54,827 nucleotides of DNA from Phoronis australis (GCA_002633005.1 NMRA01000546.1:59967-114793); one strand, 5' to 3'. Positions 12,701-27,700 are shown, counted from the first letter of the stretch. The notes: a model not told the origin generated them from the letters alone. Translations and numbers: made by a program.

Positions 12701-15700
12701 GCAATATGGTGAAGTCTTGCTTTTTAACGGGGGTCCTAGCGTTACTGAACGAGAGGCAGGTTCAAGTAGATTCACCCGCCCGCGTTGAATAGTACTGTAT
12801 ATGCAATGGGATGTAACCCTGCCAATACACGTTGAATTGTATATGCAATGTGATGTAACCTGCCAATACACGTTGAATTGTATATGCAATGGGATGTAAC
12901 CCTCCCAATACACGTTGAATTGTATATGCAATGCGATGTAACCCTGCCAATACACGTTAAATTGCATATGCAATGCGATGTACCCCTGCCAATACACGTC
13001 GCTTTTTGACACCACCAAAATCAAAATCAGGAAGCCATCAAATGCGACCAACAACGTTAATCCTAACTGTTTGTCTATTACCCGTGTACCTACATGCATG
13101 TGCTCCTATAGCATTCAGTACATACATGTATGTTTTCCTCTTCCAAGGCATACTGACTGTGCTGGAGCTTTACCGGAATGTTGATTCATTTTGACTTTCC
13201 ATTAGTGGTCAACAGTAATACATGTAGTTTCAACAAGTCGACACATCTCGCACTAAAAGTCAGCATTTATTTGTCCACCACACCCCACATATCTGTATGT
13301 TTTTGTAGACAGGGATAAAGTACGCATTGATATTTTACTTGTGAATATTTTTCAAAATGAAATTAACCGTATTTCGAAACACTGATTTTTGCAAAACAGT
13401 AAAACAGCTTTGTCCCTTCACAGTGAAAATGTAGACAACTGATAGTTGGAGGAGACATTCGCTTTAAAGAAAAAGATTAGTGTATAGAAATCTTCTACTG
13501 ATTATCGTCCAAGCATTTCAACTGTATGATCCAAAGAGATTCATCGGTGTCACGGCGGCCTTACAGATTGTTCTTTTTTCAACCATATTCGCTCTGTGTT
13601 TCAGAATTTGAAAGGTATATATATACCCGTGTTTTGTATGAAAATAACTTGACGTAAAACCAGTCATTATTCAAGCAGTCTGATCTCACTGTCTCTCGAT
13701 ATATTTCTCCCATTTCTAGATCAGTGAGAAATGAGAGAGGGTGCTCGACTGCAGCGTTGTAATCACGTGGACATTAGGATGCTAAACCATTTAGATATTG
13801 AACCCAAAAAAGTGACTGATATGCGAGGGAGCAGTTTTCATGAAAAGGTCCAAGGAAAGTTTATGAACTGCATTTCTATTGGTGTTTGAAATAGACAAAT
13901 GTAGTACACATTTTCCGGTGAAATTGTGTACTCCAAAATGAGTTTTTTGTGGAAAATCCAATCGACAAAAGTTCTGTTTTGTTGGTAACTTTGTCAATAA
14001 ATCCCCTTCAAGGGTTTTTGTTGGAACTGATATGCGCTACCTTTGTAAGGAGGCAAGTTCTAAAACTTTCACCCATCTGAGCGTCACGCCTCCGGTAACA
14101 ATCCAGTTTACTTTTTCAAATAACAGGCAACGCTGCTTACGCCCTATATGTAGATCTTTGTTTTCTTTCACCTTCATAAGGGTCGTATTCTCGTTCTAGC
14201 GATGATCTACAAAAGTCAATGTGGAATTCACAACACCGCGTTGTGACAACAAATACTCACTGAACATAGTGGTCCGGGAAAATTTGTTACTAGTTAACTC
14301 CACCATCTCCCCCAAAACAGCTGGAGCTCTCAGTACATGAGCGGAGTATCAAAGCGTATTTGGACATATGGCAAAGTTTTACGTAATTATGCATGTGCCC
14401 ACTGCCAGGAATAATTCGAAGCTCTTTGAGACCTACATGAAACAAATAATTTCATTCGGTTACGCTATATAATATTTTCAAAAATTATTTAAAGGCCGAT
14501 GCTCTTTTATTCATCTATTGTATAAAATGCATAGTTTGCACAAACTCCGTCTTCCCAACTCCACTACAGACCTTCGTTGGCCCGTTTCGGCACTGCCTTG
14601 GTCCCAGGTGTTGCACCGGCCCCCTATTTGGATTCAAGGTGTTCTAGGAAAAAGCAGGCATGCGAATGTAGTTTTTAGTGGCTCAGATTTCCAGCGCCCC
14701 ATGCGCTGGATCACCGGTTCGGGTACGACACTAATATCGTAAATGCGGGGATGCTCAAACAATGTTTAAATGGCACTTGGAAGTATGAAGCAATGAAATG
14801 ACTCGATGGCGATAGCACATGTACCCTGGGTGAAATATAATTCATATTGGTTCGTTATTATTTTCAGGTTATAAAAGCAGTGGAAGATGGCGACTGTGCG
14901 CCTATTCAGAAATTGATCAAGAATAAAAGGAACCTTAACCAACCACTGTACAGATATGTAAGTATGCATACTTGAACACTCCCCTAAAATGAGCCTTGAA
15001 AATATTTTTTACAACCGTTACCTTTCAAATTAAATGACTTTATGTTGAATATTATGTTTGTCGCCAAAACATGTTAACAATTTTATTGCCATAGCAGATG
15101 GGATTAATCGATTCCATCACTTTGTTGTCTATTAGTTACAAAAAAACATTTAATTTTATTCATTTGTTATTGGGTTTGACGTACACGTAATTTGACCTCA
15201 TATGACCTTGAGGTTCCCTACCATTAACATAAATATTCATTTCTCAATCTGATCACTTTTTGGACTTTGCGCTTTCAGAGAAAAGAAGTCTTAAGTGCTC
15301 CTCTCGCGGTCCACCAGTTACTGAGAGAGCTAGTGTTAGTGTTAAAACGTTATTATCAATTGCATACTGAGCATAACCTGGGCAAAGACAGGACGACATT
15401 CTTTCTATTACGAATGCTAAGTTCAGTCGCTACATGTATATAGAGCTCCTACAAATACGCATACTATTTACTTTTGTCTAGAATCTTTTGGAATATTGTG
15501 AGTCCAATCCCGTGTTTGCGAGTCATTGAACGGTGTTTGCAAGTACGTGAGTCGTGTTTTTACGTCCGTGACCTTGTTTAGGGAGTCCGTTAACCGTGCA
15601 GTTTAGATACATGCCTTGTTTTTGTTCCATAAACGTATTATCAATGTCGTAAATCATGAGAAGCTGACACGTAAACAAAACCTCTGCATACTTAAGTAAT

Positions 15701-18700
15701 TTGGCCATTCGCAGTACCCGCGGTAGCGGGACTCAGTTCAGACACTCAACTGAGCAAAATTATATATCATGCCGCAACCTCAGACTTCACTATGTAACTT
15801 ATCACAAACACATTCTTAATTCTCAGATTTTGAGGATTAACGAAAGTCACGATACATAGAATTATGCAAATCTATCTGTGACTCGTCTGATGCTACTTGG
15901 TACGATAAGGCTAAATCAGTGGTTAACTCATGGCCTCCACTGGGGGGAGGGGGTGGGGGGTGTGCTGTCTGGACGTTAAACTAGTACATGCGCGCCCAGC
16001 CTTCAATATGGGGCCTCGAGTTCCTGACTTTGTGGACCTCATGGTAACAAAAATAGTGGGCGGACTAAAAAAAAACAAAAAACAGACGGGAGCACCATTG
16101 TAAATTACGCGTTTGCCCAAGTTTAACGGACTGATGCCTCGTTTTCTCGGACTTTTTGTCTCTCTGGGGCGGACCTTTTAGTCCAGTTCGGTGCGCGCAT
16201 GTAGTGTACAGTGTACACGTAACTTGCCCCACTTTGAACATCTTAATTACTCCAGATACTGTTCAGGAAAAAAATCATTTTGCAACTGAACAGAATTTGA
16301 AAATATTCAATGCAAATTTCTGCAAGATACAGCATGATCTCGAAGAATTGGACAGTTCAGTCAAGTTATCGCTCTCATTTGTGGACCCGCCTGCAAATTA
16401 CTCAGACTTTGTGGTATCTATCTTAGTATAGTATGATTTGTGCGAGTAGAAGAATATAATGATAGCTCAAAATTTTATGTCTGCTTGTTTAAAATATAAG
16501 TTGCAATAGTTTCAGTAAAAACTCATATTTTGTCAGCTGAAAAAGAGGTCGTTTGCCTATTAGTGGACTTAGAGTTGTAAACATCACTTTTTTCTGTTTT
16601 TTTGCGAAATAAACAGGACGCGTTTTCAAACAGGCCGTTACTTTACATTTCCGAATTATGATCCCCTGCCAGGACTCGCCCTTGCGCGCAAACAACAAAA
16701 CCAAGTAGTGTCGCAATGGGATCTACTATCTGCATAGGCATCTCACCATAGGGGTTTAGGGGGGAGGCGGGGTGGCAGTAGCCCCCTGTTTTCAGTGCTT
16801 CGCCACCCAAGGACTACGGGCGGTGCTCCTCAAGGGGTTTGCGTGCTATAGATCCCACTTTCTTTAGTGTTGCGCTACCCATGATCTGGGATATTATGAT
16901 TTTATAATCAGGGCAATTAACATGTTTTTCCAAGACAAAGTTTGGTGAATTGATCGTTTCAGAATTATTGGAAACGTCACTGTTTTGTGACGTTTTATCA
17001 CGTGCTCCGGAGTATTCCTCAACACATCCGAAAATTTGCAAAATTATACCTAGGTAAATAAAACAAAATACATTTCAACAAAACGCGTCAAAAACCCATT
17101 CCGCATTATTTCATGTTTTTGCGATACATGTATGTTTACAAATGTTAGTCGTTTATAGTTCCGTTCTCTGTTAGTGTTCTTTTGAACTTAATTTGGCAAG
17201 AACAAAATAATTGTCGGACCCACATGAGTTGCTTCAAATTTGCATGGTTTTTGCCGAGAGGTGTACATGTAAAAACCTAGAACGGTTATGTTGAAAATTC
17301 CAAATAGCATATTGCGACTTGATATGAGTGGCCAAAATGTCAGCTTGCGTGAAACGTTATGTATGTAGAGTGGTACAATAGTAACGTGTCAAGAATGAAT
17401 GGCAAATGTAGTGATATACAGTGGCAGGTATAGGATATCATAAGGGGGGGTGTGACATTTTTGTCTCGGGCAAATGCGACCACGCCTGCATGCACTTACC
17501 CAGCATAAACCGGAATTCAAACCTTCAACTGAAAACAAACCACTAAAAAAAAGATTCCGCTGTTGGTCTGAGCCCTCCGCCACACGCACAACCAAATTTA
17601 AACTACGCTCATTGTTAAATATTGTCTCATCAGCATGTTCATTACGGCGATTAATTAATTAACTCAATATTTCCTCACGCAATGAAGTTGGCTTGATTTC
17701 AATCCTGCGGCATGTTTAACTGCTAAATTGTGCATCAGGTTTTGAAAATAGTAGTGAAGTGCAGTACAGTGTTGACGTCCAAATGCATGTTTAATTATTG
17801 ATTTCCAGTCTTCTCGTAATAAATGGATTAATGTTCACGTGACGCATTGTACTTGTGGGGTGATTTTTCATAAACGACGAAATTTTAAAGATTTATTGAC
17901 GTGTAGATATTTTTCAAACAGGCAGTTGTTTTAATGTTCAACATGTTATTATAATTTTTGGTATGGGTGCAATGTTCTAGTACGCATTACTTTCCATCTG
18001 TACCTATTTTTATTTACTTTGTCCGTTTATTAACCGAGTGGTCCAAGTAGCCGTCCGCTAGTCGAGACGTAAATAAAAGTGCGGCTTATGTTCAAGATGT
18101 GGATTTTTTTGTGATCCGTGTTTGCTTGTAATAAAAGAAATCGTGATGTACCCTTTGCATATGAAATTCGTTGAAACCTCAAATTTTAACATTTCCCTCT
18201 TTAAACACCATTTTAGGTTAAACTATCGATCATCTAAATTTCTGGTACAAATTAGAAAATTGCAACCATGAACAAAACACCATTTAAAACGTCTGCACGT
18301 CAAACGAATGTCAAACTACTCAAATAGAAGAATTATAGCTTCATGGTGATTGGCCATCGTCTCTTTAATTGGTTCATTGTGATAAGGAAATGCCCTTTTA
18401 AATATATTTAAGAACAGGCAAATGTATTAATTCATCACGTGTACACGTGAAAACTGTATCCTACGGCAAAGCGCTATTTTCAAAAGCAACGGTTCTTCGT
18501 CTACTAAGCCATAGTCCAGTGACCCGTCATTTCAAGACGGATAAGATCAGAACCCTAACCCTAACCCTAACCTTTACCCTAACCCTAACCCTTACCCTAA
18601 TCTGAACCCTAACCCAAACCTAACAAAAACGACTAAAAACATTAAACTTTCATCCGTTTACCGCTTTTTAAAAGAGCCTTGCAGTTTTCAAAATCAATTT

Positions 18701-21700
18701 CAGCTCGTTAAAGGAGAGGTGGGTGCCTGTCAAAGCTATTGGCATGTTATTGAAGATGTTCAAGAGTAACATGTGGCGATTTCTAGAACACTGGGTGCTT
18801 GTTCCGACAAATGCCGCGTTTGCTTTGGAATAGTTGGCAACCCAAAACTAGTTTGCTGAAACGCAAGTCTTGGCCACCGTTGTAATTCAGTCGTTTGATG
18901 TCATTTTCGATCAAAAGAAATAATGAGACACATGTTCAAACACGCTGTTGCATGATATTTCAAAGTCATAGGCTAATCCCCTGCACTTACCTCAACCGTG
19001 CGTTCAAACAACGGGACCGAGCCGTGTAGCAATACTGTCTGGGACACTCTAATTCTATAATTTCAACATATTACATAAAAATAATACGTTTTTCCACCAC
19101 ATAGTTTGTTAAGTTAATCGTTACAGAATTACTGGAAACGTCGCTGCTTTGTGACCTGTGATCACGTCATCTGAATACTTGAAAAAGTAGCCAAAATACT
19201 AGTGAACAAAACGCGTCAACGATGTATTCTGCACTATTTCATTCACATGTGAGTTTACCACCAAGACATGAATGAGATTTTTCTCTGTTAGTGTTCTTTA
19301 AAACTTCATTTGGCAAAAACTAAATGATGGGAGGATCAACGCCAATTGGTCCATGTTTGCCAGGTGTCTGCCTGAAATGTACATAAAAAACTCACTAATC
19401 ATATGTTGGAAATTCGAAGCCGCACATGGCAAGTTGGTACTGGTGGCCGAATCCTAAGCTTGCATGAGACTTTGAGTCTATACAGTTTTATTATTCTCAC
19501 GTGCAGGGAATGTTAGTTAACGTTGACGACGCAATTGTGGTTTTAAAATAGGGACGTTCTTGTCATGGTCGTGTGGCGGTCTTTTCAAAGTTCAAATTTC
19601 ATTCTCGATCATTTGAAGATAGTGGATCGTGAAATTAATCAATACGAGTGATTATCACCCTGCTGTAGGTACGTGTAACTAGTGAACACTCGGGTCTGGG
19701 AATCGCACTTGTAAAGTACGAAGAAGCTACATGTTCCAATTCTTGACCTTTTAATTTGATGCTCTGTTCTAAAGGTCACTGATATATTGCGAACTCAATA
19801 TTTATTTCTCAACACGATTATAACGATCGCAATGACTTTGCTTGATTTAGTTCGGAAGCCATTTAATTCGCAAACATAGGTTTTGAACATTTCAGTGAAA
19901 TGAAATGCAATGTCTACGTGCAAATGCGTGTCTAGTTATTAACTCGCAAACTATCTTTTATTAAAAGTTTGGAACCGGATAAACTTACTGAATTGAAATG
20001 TTGGAAGTAATTCTCTACCACTTGAACAGAATTTAACCCGCTCTCCTGGTCTTTTTGTTTTTTTGTAAATGTTTTTAATTTCTGTTCATGTCCGATCATT
20101 TTCTTTTGTTTCCAAATTTCAAAAATACCAATTTTCAACACACAAGGTAAAGCACGTCTCCTTATTTGGAATGGCAAGATATCAACTTAGCACATTTCCC
20201 TTATATGGAAATGGGGTCGTTGACATCAAGCGACTTCTAAGAACTGACTGTGAGCTGATAAGCCCATTTATCATATGTACATGTAGGAGGGGGACTAGAA
20301 ACTGTATGGTGACTACAGAGTTTTGTCTTCAAGCTTATGATAAAAATTGTGAAATGTTTGATTTTTCTGTAAATTTATTAACAAGATGAAAGTGAATTCC
20401 TCTGTATTAGACGTTGCGAGGTTCTACATTCATGACAATTTGTTTAAAAGATATATTTGCCAAACTTTCGCGTTCCATGCCTCTTTCATAAGTTTACTGA
20501 TATACCACGGTGACCACGCATTGTACTTCTTTGGTGATTTTAGTAAACAGTGAAATTTAAAAGATTTATTTAGATCATTTCAAAAAGGCAAATGTTTTAC
20601 CGATGCAACATGTTATCATTATTTTTGTTGTGGAGGATATGACTCTATGACACATAATTTTGCATTTGTGCACGTTATTTATAAGTCTGTTTTCTATACT
20701 TTATCCAAGTAACTGTCGGGTCCAAATGGCCATCGGCAAGTAGAGACGTAACATCAAAATGCAGCTTATGTTGATGTTGACCTTTTTGTATTCCTTGTTT
20801 GCTTGTCATAAAAAGGTCGTGATCGTTCCGTACTGAGTATGAAAGTCTTGGAAACCGCATATTTTTGACATTTCGTTCTTTACGAAATATCAATAATAAA
20901 ATGTTGAATAAGGTAAATCAACGATCATGTCAGTATTTTTATGCAAGATAGGAAACGGTGTCCGTGCCGAATTACAATATTTAGGATGTCACACGAGTGT
21001 CAAAAAACTCAAGATACAACCAGTTTCATGATATTTGTCTTGGTCATAGTCTCTTTAATTGATTCCTCGCGATAAGGAAATGTCCCTTTAAATATATTCA
21101 AGAACTGGCGAATTTATCAATTTATCGCATGTACACGCGAAAACTGGCCGGCAAAGCGCTGTTTTTAAAAGCAGCAGTTCGCTTGGCCAGGCCACTGCCT
21201 CGACGTCTGGAGACTCAGAACAACAGAACAATTCGTTTGGATTTTTGGCAAAATGGGAACTACGTGATGTATTGACTTTGCTGAACATCAATCTTGATAA
21301 GAGGAATGGTTTTGGTAAAATGTGTTTAATTTGTAGAGAAGAGTTTGTCCTGTTCCAGGACGTTTTCTCACTTGGAAATTTGTTCAATACCATTGTCATT
21401 AAAATGTTGAATTGTTCTCTGTGTACTTGTTCCTAACCAGTAACACATCATATACCAAGGATTGCTTAATTGTGTTATTTTCCTTAAACTACTTCACACT
21501 TCAGTTGTATTTTAAATTAACCTATTCCAATATCATTTTAATCATGTATTGGTGTTCTACCATAATTCTATTCCTGTTTCTTAATCACCCAAATTTGTTA
21601 GAAACTATTTTGGGCCTCGTGGAGAAGTGAAACTGGACTTATAAGCTAGTTTCACCGTGTTTTTCAATTGATGCACCCAGCAGGTATTCAGGTAGATCTA

Positions 21701-24700
21701 ATAATAAAACCAGGCGACCTCGTAAGTTTTACCCATATAATCGCTGCTTTCATATAGAGCACATTTGATTTCAACATTGCTGTGTATTACGTCGTATTTT
21801 ATGTCAAAAATTATTTTCCGGCAAACTACATTCCGTCCTGTTTAGCCGGTTAAAAAACAAAATATCAATTAATTTTTTTACTCCGATCCAATTGATGTTT
21901 AAAGATTATTATTAAGTTTGAATAAAGTCACGTTATTGTCACTAAAAGTGATATACTGTAGCTTGGTTTAGCTATAACTAGTCGTCCAGACTTTGATAAA
22001 AGTTTTCATATTTCTAAGAACATGTATGTCTTCGCACTGAGAATTATTAACATTAACAAACAAACTACGAGAGTGTAACCTTATTCTTTAAAATGATGAT
22101 CTATTCCAACCACGAGTAATATATTACCTAGTAAACAAAATAGATTTGGTAATTGTGTGTACAATTGTGATATTTCAACCTTTGCATGACGAGTAATTAA
22201 GATTCACAGTGAAGTTAGTGATTGTGAAGTTTGCTATAACCTGTTCATTGTTTCTGCAGCGCCAGACAGCACTTCACCTGGCAGCAGTGAGGGGCAGGAC
22301 GGAGGTGGTGAGGGTGCTGGTGCAGGGTGGGGCCGATGTAGACGTGCAAGATGAGGTAACAGAAACTAATTGAGACGAAATTAGAATTAAGACAATGTTA
22401 TCTTTATTACAAAAGCTGTAGCCTTTCTGAAAATTAAATAAAATATTTTGTGTGTAAATACACTTTTCATATCTCATGATTTCAACAAGTATTTTTCAAT
22501 ATGTACAGTGTACATGCATCTTAAGAAACATTGAGGTTTGAATTGTGTCAACAATATATTTGTCGACTTAACGTTGATACTTTTCTATTCTTAATGACAA
22601 TCGTCCATTCAACATTACAACTTTATATTAGACCCAAAGCCAGAAAATCGGTGAAGAAATACAACATGGCGGGATCGCTGTCAAGTTATGGAGGAACTCT
22701 GTAATTTCTGGCATTCGATGTCTGCAACATGTTCTGTTGTTACAGCAAAATTTTAAAATTACCTGTAACACTTGAATGTTGAAATCATTACAAGTATTGA
22801 AGCGTCTAAGAGGGGTCAATAATGTCTCATTTATATCACCTTAGAAGTTCACTTAACCCCGTGTATGTTAATTAGCTCTAAACGTTGATTGTCCATTCAC
22901 ACATCTCCATTGTATATTACATAGCGGGACTGGACACCGCTGGAGATGGCAGCATGGCATGGTCATACAGACACAGCGGAGGTGCTGTTGTCCAACAAGG
23001 CCAGTGTAGATGTACGTGATAAGGTAAGTAATGACACACTGGTTGTTTAGTCGAACTAGTTGTTTACACAAGGAAAGTTTAAAATGTTTACTGACATATA
23101 TCCTTGATCTTTTTCTCAATTTAATGTCCCAAAAGCGCGACAAATTAAATGTCGTCTGCTTAACATTCGTGAACAGCCAAAGCTGCGTAGACTAGTAAAG
23201 ACAAAGCAGAGTGACTTACGTGTACAGGTTAAATGATACATAAGGTAATTAAACTGTCCCTAATGCGTTTGAACCAAACGAACATTACACTGCGATAGTC
23301 CAACACTTTACACAAGTTCACTTTCCCCAGGGTATGTTAATTAGCTCTAAACGTTGATCGTCCATTCACACATCTCCATTTTATATTACATAGGAGGGCC
23401 GGACACCGCTGTACAGGGCAGCAGTGGGTGGTCGTCCACAGGCAGTGAAGCTGCTGTTGGAGAAAAAGGCCAGTGTAGATATACGTGGTGCGGTAAGTAA
23501 TGACACACAGGTTGTTTAGTTGAACTAGTTGTTAACAAACAAGATGATTACAACTGTTTAGGAACAAATTTTGTTGATATTTTTTCACAATTTATTGTCC
23601 TAAAACAATGACAAGTTCAATGCCGTCTGCTTTTGTTGATGAAGAACCAAAGCTGCGTAGAGTTGTAACATGCTCTGTAACGTTTTAAAATCTGCAACAC
23701 TTGATTCTTGAAATAAGTATTGTAGAGTCTTAGAGGGGTCAGTAATTTTTCATTTATGTCACCTTACAAGTTTACTTTACCCCGTTCATGGTAATTAGCT
23801 CTGAACGTTCATCGTCCATTCACACATCTTCATTATATATTACATAGGCGGGCCTGACACCGCTGTACGAGGCAGCAGAGCGTGGTGATACACAGACAGT
23901 GGAGTTATTGTTGGCCAACAAGGCCACTGTAGATGTACGTGATAAGGTAAGTAATGACACACAGATTGTTTAGTTGAACTAGTTGTTAACACAAGGATAG
24001 TTTAAAATGTTTAGTTACATATTTCCTTGATCTTTTTCTCAATTTAATGTCCCAAAAGCGCGACAAATTAAATGTTGTCTGCTTAACATTCGTGAACCCC
24101 CAAAGCTTCGTAGACTAGTAAAGACAAGGCAGTGTGACTCACCTGTACAAGTTAAATGATATATAAAATAATTAAACTGTCCCTAATGAGTTCGAACCAA
24201 ACGAACATTACACTGCGATAGTCCAACACTTTACACAAGTTCACTTTCCCCGTTTATGTTAATTAGCTCTAAACGTTGATCGTCCATTCACACATCTCCG
24301 TTATATATTACATAGGTGGGCCGGACACCGCTGTACGTGGCAGCAGGGCGTGGTCATACAGACACAGTGAAGGTGCTGTTGGCCAACAAGGCCAGTGTAG
24401 ATGTACGTGATGATCAGGTAAGTAATGATATACGGGTTTTTTAGTTGAACTAGTTGTTAACACAATGATGTTGAACACACAGCATGTGACTTGGCTGAAT
24501 CATTCAATGATTTAATTAATCGTGATTTATGATTTCATTTTAAACATGGACATTTTTGTTGCATTCCACCGCACGTGACGTGACGTGCACGCGACTTTAA
24601 CTAATTATAAACAGTTTTTAGTTCACCTAGACTTGCACAGGGACTTGGTTCTTTACTTGCATTACCACAGCACTCATTAAATGAATGTCGATCTGTTGTA

Positions 24701-27700
24701 TTGTATAAGATCTAGTTGTTGTATTTGAAACACTCTTTTCAATCACGTGACTATATCAGATCAGAGGAACTTTTAAAAATCCCACGCAAGTTATGTCTGA
24801 GTTTAAATGTCAGGTTGTAGTCCGTCCTGTTAAGTCACACCATTCATCAGTATTGCAACTGGTGTTGAAGTTTGAACTGGAAAAGTATAAAACTCGACGA
24901 CTTGATCACCCACCCACATCACTACTGTATAATGCTGATCAACATTATCTATTTTTATTCACTTACTGTAGTGGGGCAACACACCGCTGCACGTGGCATC
25001 TGCAGGTGGACATACAGAGGTATTGAAACTACTGTGCATGGAAAGCGGATGCGCCATAAATGCTGTCAACAAGGTATTGCAAGAGTGTTGTACTCTTTGA
25101 ATAGTTAAGACTGCAATAAATGTGTTTTGGACTATGAGTTCGAGAATCTATTCTTTCGTAATAAATATCTCGTCAAAAATGATCTGTCTCCTACTTACAA
25201 AGAATCTCTTCTTCACTCCATGTACCTCCCCAGATCACTCAGTGATTCAAAGCAGCTTGTCTAATCGTATTAATTTGGCATAAATAAAAACAGACCGAAC
25301 GCGCCATCAATGGTCGACAACAGCCACAGGTTCAGATTTCCTCTATTCATTAATTATAACACATGCAGGTTTTTAATCGGTTCACTGCAAGGAATCAGAT
25401 GCGAGTTTAGGAAGGAAATCTTGGAACGTTTTAGTCTTGCTTAGATTAATATAACGATAATTTAGCAATCAATTTATCCATGCGTCCCATGGCTTAACTG
25501 TACATGTATTGCAACCCCACCACACAACAGTGTTTGTTCCTGCCATGGTCGGATTTACTATTCTAAGAAGTTGAAATCTAGGGCGTGACTGAGGCAAAGT
25601 CCCGGGCAGTCCGTCGAAAGCACAAGTCCTTTTACCAGGGTGCCAAGCCGAGCACTCTGAACCTAGTAAACGAGCTGTGATCCACAATACATGTAAATCC
25701 AAAATATGTGTATACATGTGCAGGTACTTTAAATTGTGTATACACTGAAGCTGGTTTGTTTACGATTTTTGCGTGAATTTTGTTGTCGGAAACAGTACCA
25801 TGTTTTTTACCTGTCGTCTGCTTCACTTGTTTCAAAAATATGGCATCGTGCTTCATCTCGTTGATCTCTCGTCTTTTTGTTATGTAAGCAAGTTTTATTG
25901 TTTAGCTGCGGAAACTTTTAAAGCTATACGGTCGTATTTCATCATTTCAATGCGGAGCTTGTTTTGTCGTACGTGATTTCTTTTTGAAACATCTTGAATA
26001 GGAATGGACGTGATTTTTGTTGATGGCTACGTTATCAAAAGTTTCATGTGTCAAACATACATTAGCCACTCCAAATATCTCATTTACTGCTTTTAAATTG
26101 TACAACAGAAACTTCAAAATGATGTAGGAACTTATCCGAGGTCCACCACATTGGAGAATGAATACATGTACGCCTGATGTTCGGAACTGATTTTACAGTT
26201 TTGTGGGTAGTGCTCACACGGTACTCTGAGTTTGAGGATTTGTTCATTTATCAACAAACTATTCCATCAAAAAGACCTACATCTTGCTTTAAAACCACTT
26301 CTGTACATATTTCAGTTATTAAATCGAAGCGCCATTGATTTATTTATATGCCATGAAATGTGTTGGTGAAAGCCATTTTCATTCAAACTGCTATTTCTGC
26401 CCTATGCGCAAGCCAGTGATGTCAGGCTATTTTGCTCTGGGAATCCCTTCATAATCACCACATGCAGTAACAAAACGATGAATACTGACTGTTTGTTATA
26501 AGTGACACGTTTTGTACCCTTAAAATATCAACACAATTATTTAAGTTTGCCAATTTCAAGCTGAAAGAATTCAAATTTATGCCGGGATATCTTGCACAAA
26601 AATAGATTAATTACGAATGGGTGCCTGAACGTGTGAAACCCTTGCTTTCCTAGAATTTTGCAAACTCGCAAGGAAATAACAGATTATTTCCTTTGCTCAG
26701 TTGCACTTGATTCAGTTATTTTAGTTGACCAAAGTGAATACGTTTTGGAATCAATTTTATCATTTTGTTTTTTTTTCGGACATAGGCAGATACATTTGCG
26801 TAAATGTTGTTTCACATCTTGAGCTTAACATCATTTTGCTTCACTCTTAACTTAAACAATGCAAATGCCAAAAGTGAAAAATGTCACGGTAGGGCAGACA
26901 GTGTAAAAATAGTTATAACTTGGTGCCAAACACACCACGGTGAGTCGTCTAGCGCTCGTGAGCTATCATTCAAACTCGTACTAAACAACCCACTTTACTT
27001 TTTCATCACATGTTCAAGTCATGTGGCCTCAGAATATTTTAGATTATTGAGCAACTATAGTAAAAGTATTTGCCTATATCCGTGCAATAAATTTAAAAAA
27101 AAATGAAAAGTTGGCGCTGGGAAATGATCCAATACATTGTTTTTCCGATAGAGTACAGTACAATTGCCAATTATACTGATCGTGGCCAACTGTCGTATTT
27201 TTTGTTTTGTCCAGCAGTGCACACCGTGAAAATGTTTAGGTTTACTGACTCATGGTAAAACCGGCACGTTACATGCTATAGCCCTCACTTTCAGTTCTGC
27301 TAAAGAAAAAAGGCACTCATATATTTCCAGTCGGCTAAACACAAAAGTTTCGAGCTGTTGTGGTCATTACTGCACTCGTAATGTTCGTTCGACTAAACGG
27401 GTCGTTTCTTCAGTTGCTACGATTATCTCACCCGTTTTCTGGTAGACCCAGATTTACCGCTTTATATCAAGTTTTCAATTTCCCTTCTCTAATACTGAGA
27501 ACTATTCAGTAGCTGAACTAAATAACATTGACTATGTGTCATGAATATTGTTATTTTGTTAGTTTTCAAAGCGCCGACTCCTTAGTGTCTCTTGTTTACA
27601 GGAATCCTAAGTGTCGACGTTTTTACAGTTGATGAAGAAATTCATTTCTCAGATTAATACGCATGCCAGTAGTGCCTGTACTTTCCTCAAGCGTTCAAAT

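Larger units (their letters stand above)
22770..24470 (+). repeat. Tandem exon+intron cassette array (4 units of ~460 bp; higher-order ~923-bp dimer)
   Basis: Exon starts 22925/23394/23848/24316; introns 23024-23393 and 23947-24315 nearly identical; 3' part of intron 23493-23847 matches the sequence before 22925. Confidence 0.95.

Noticed and set aside
12653-13099. 148-aa ORF with QFNVYWQGYIALHI repeats
   Set aside because: Translation of a 42-bp minisatellite.
22925-24417. Diversity-generating retroelement (variable NNG codons with fixed third base)
   Set aside because: Many adenines are invariant across cassettes, and there is no template repeat or DGR-type RT. Selection on codon positions 1-2 explains the pattern.
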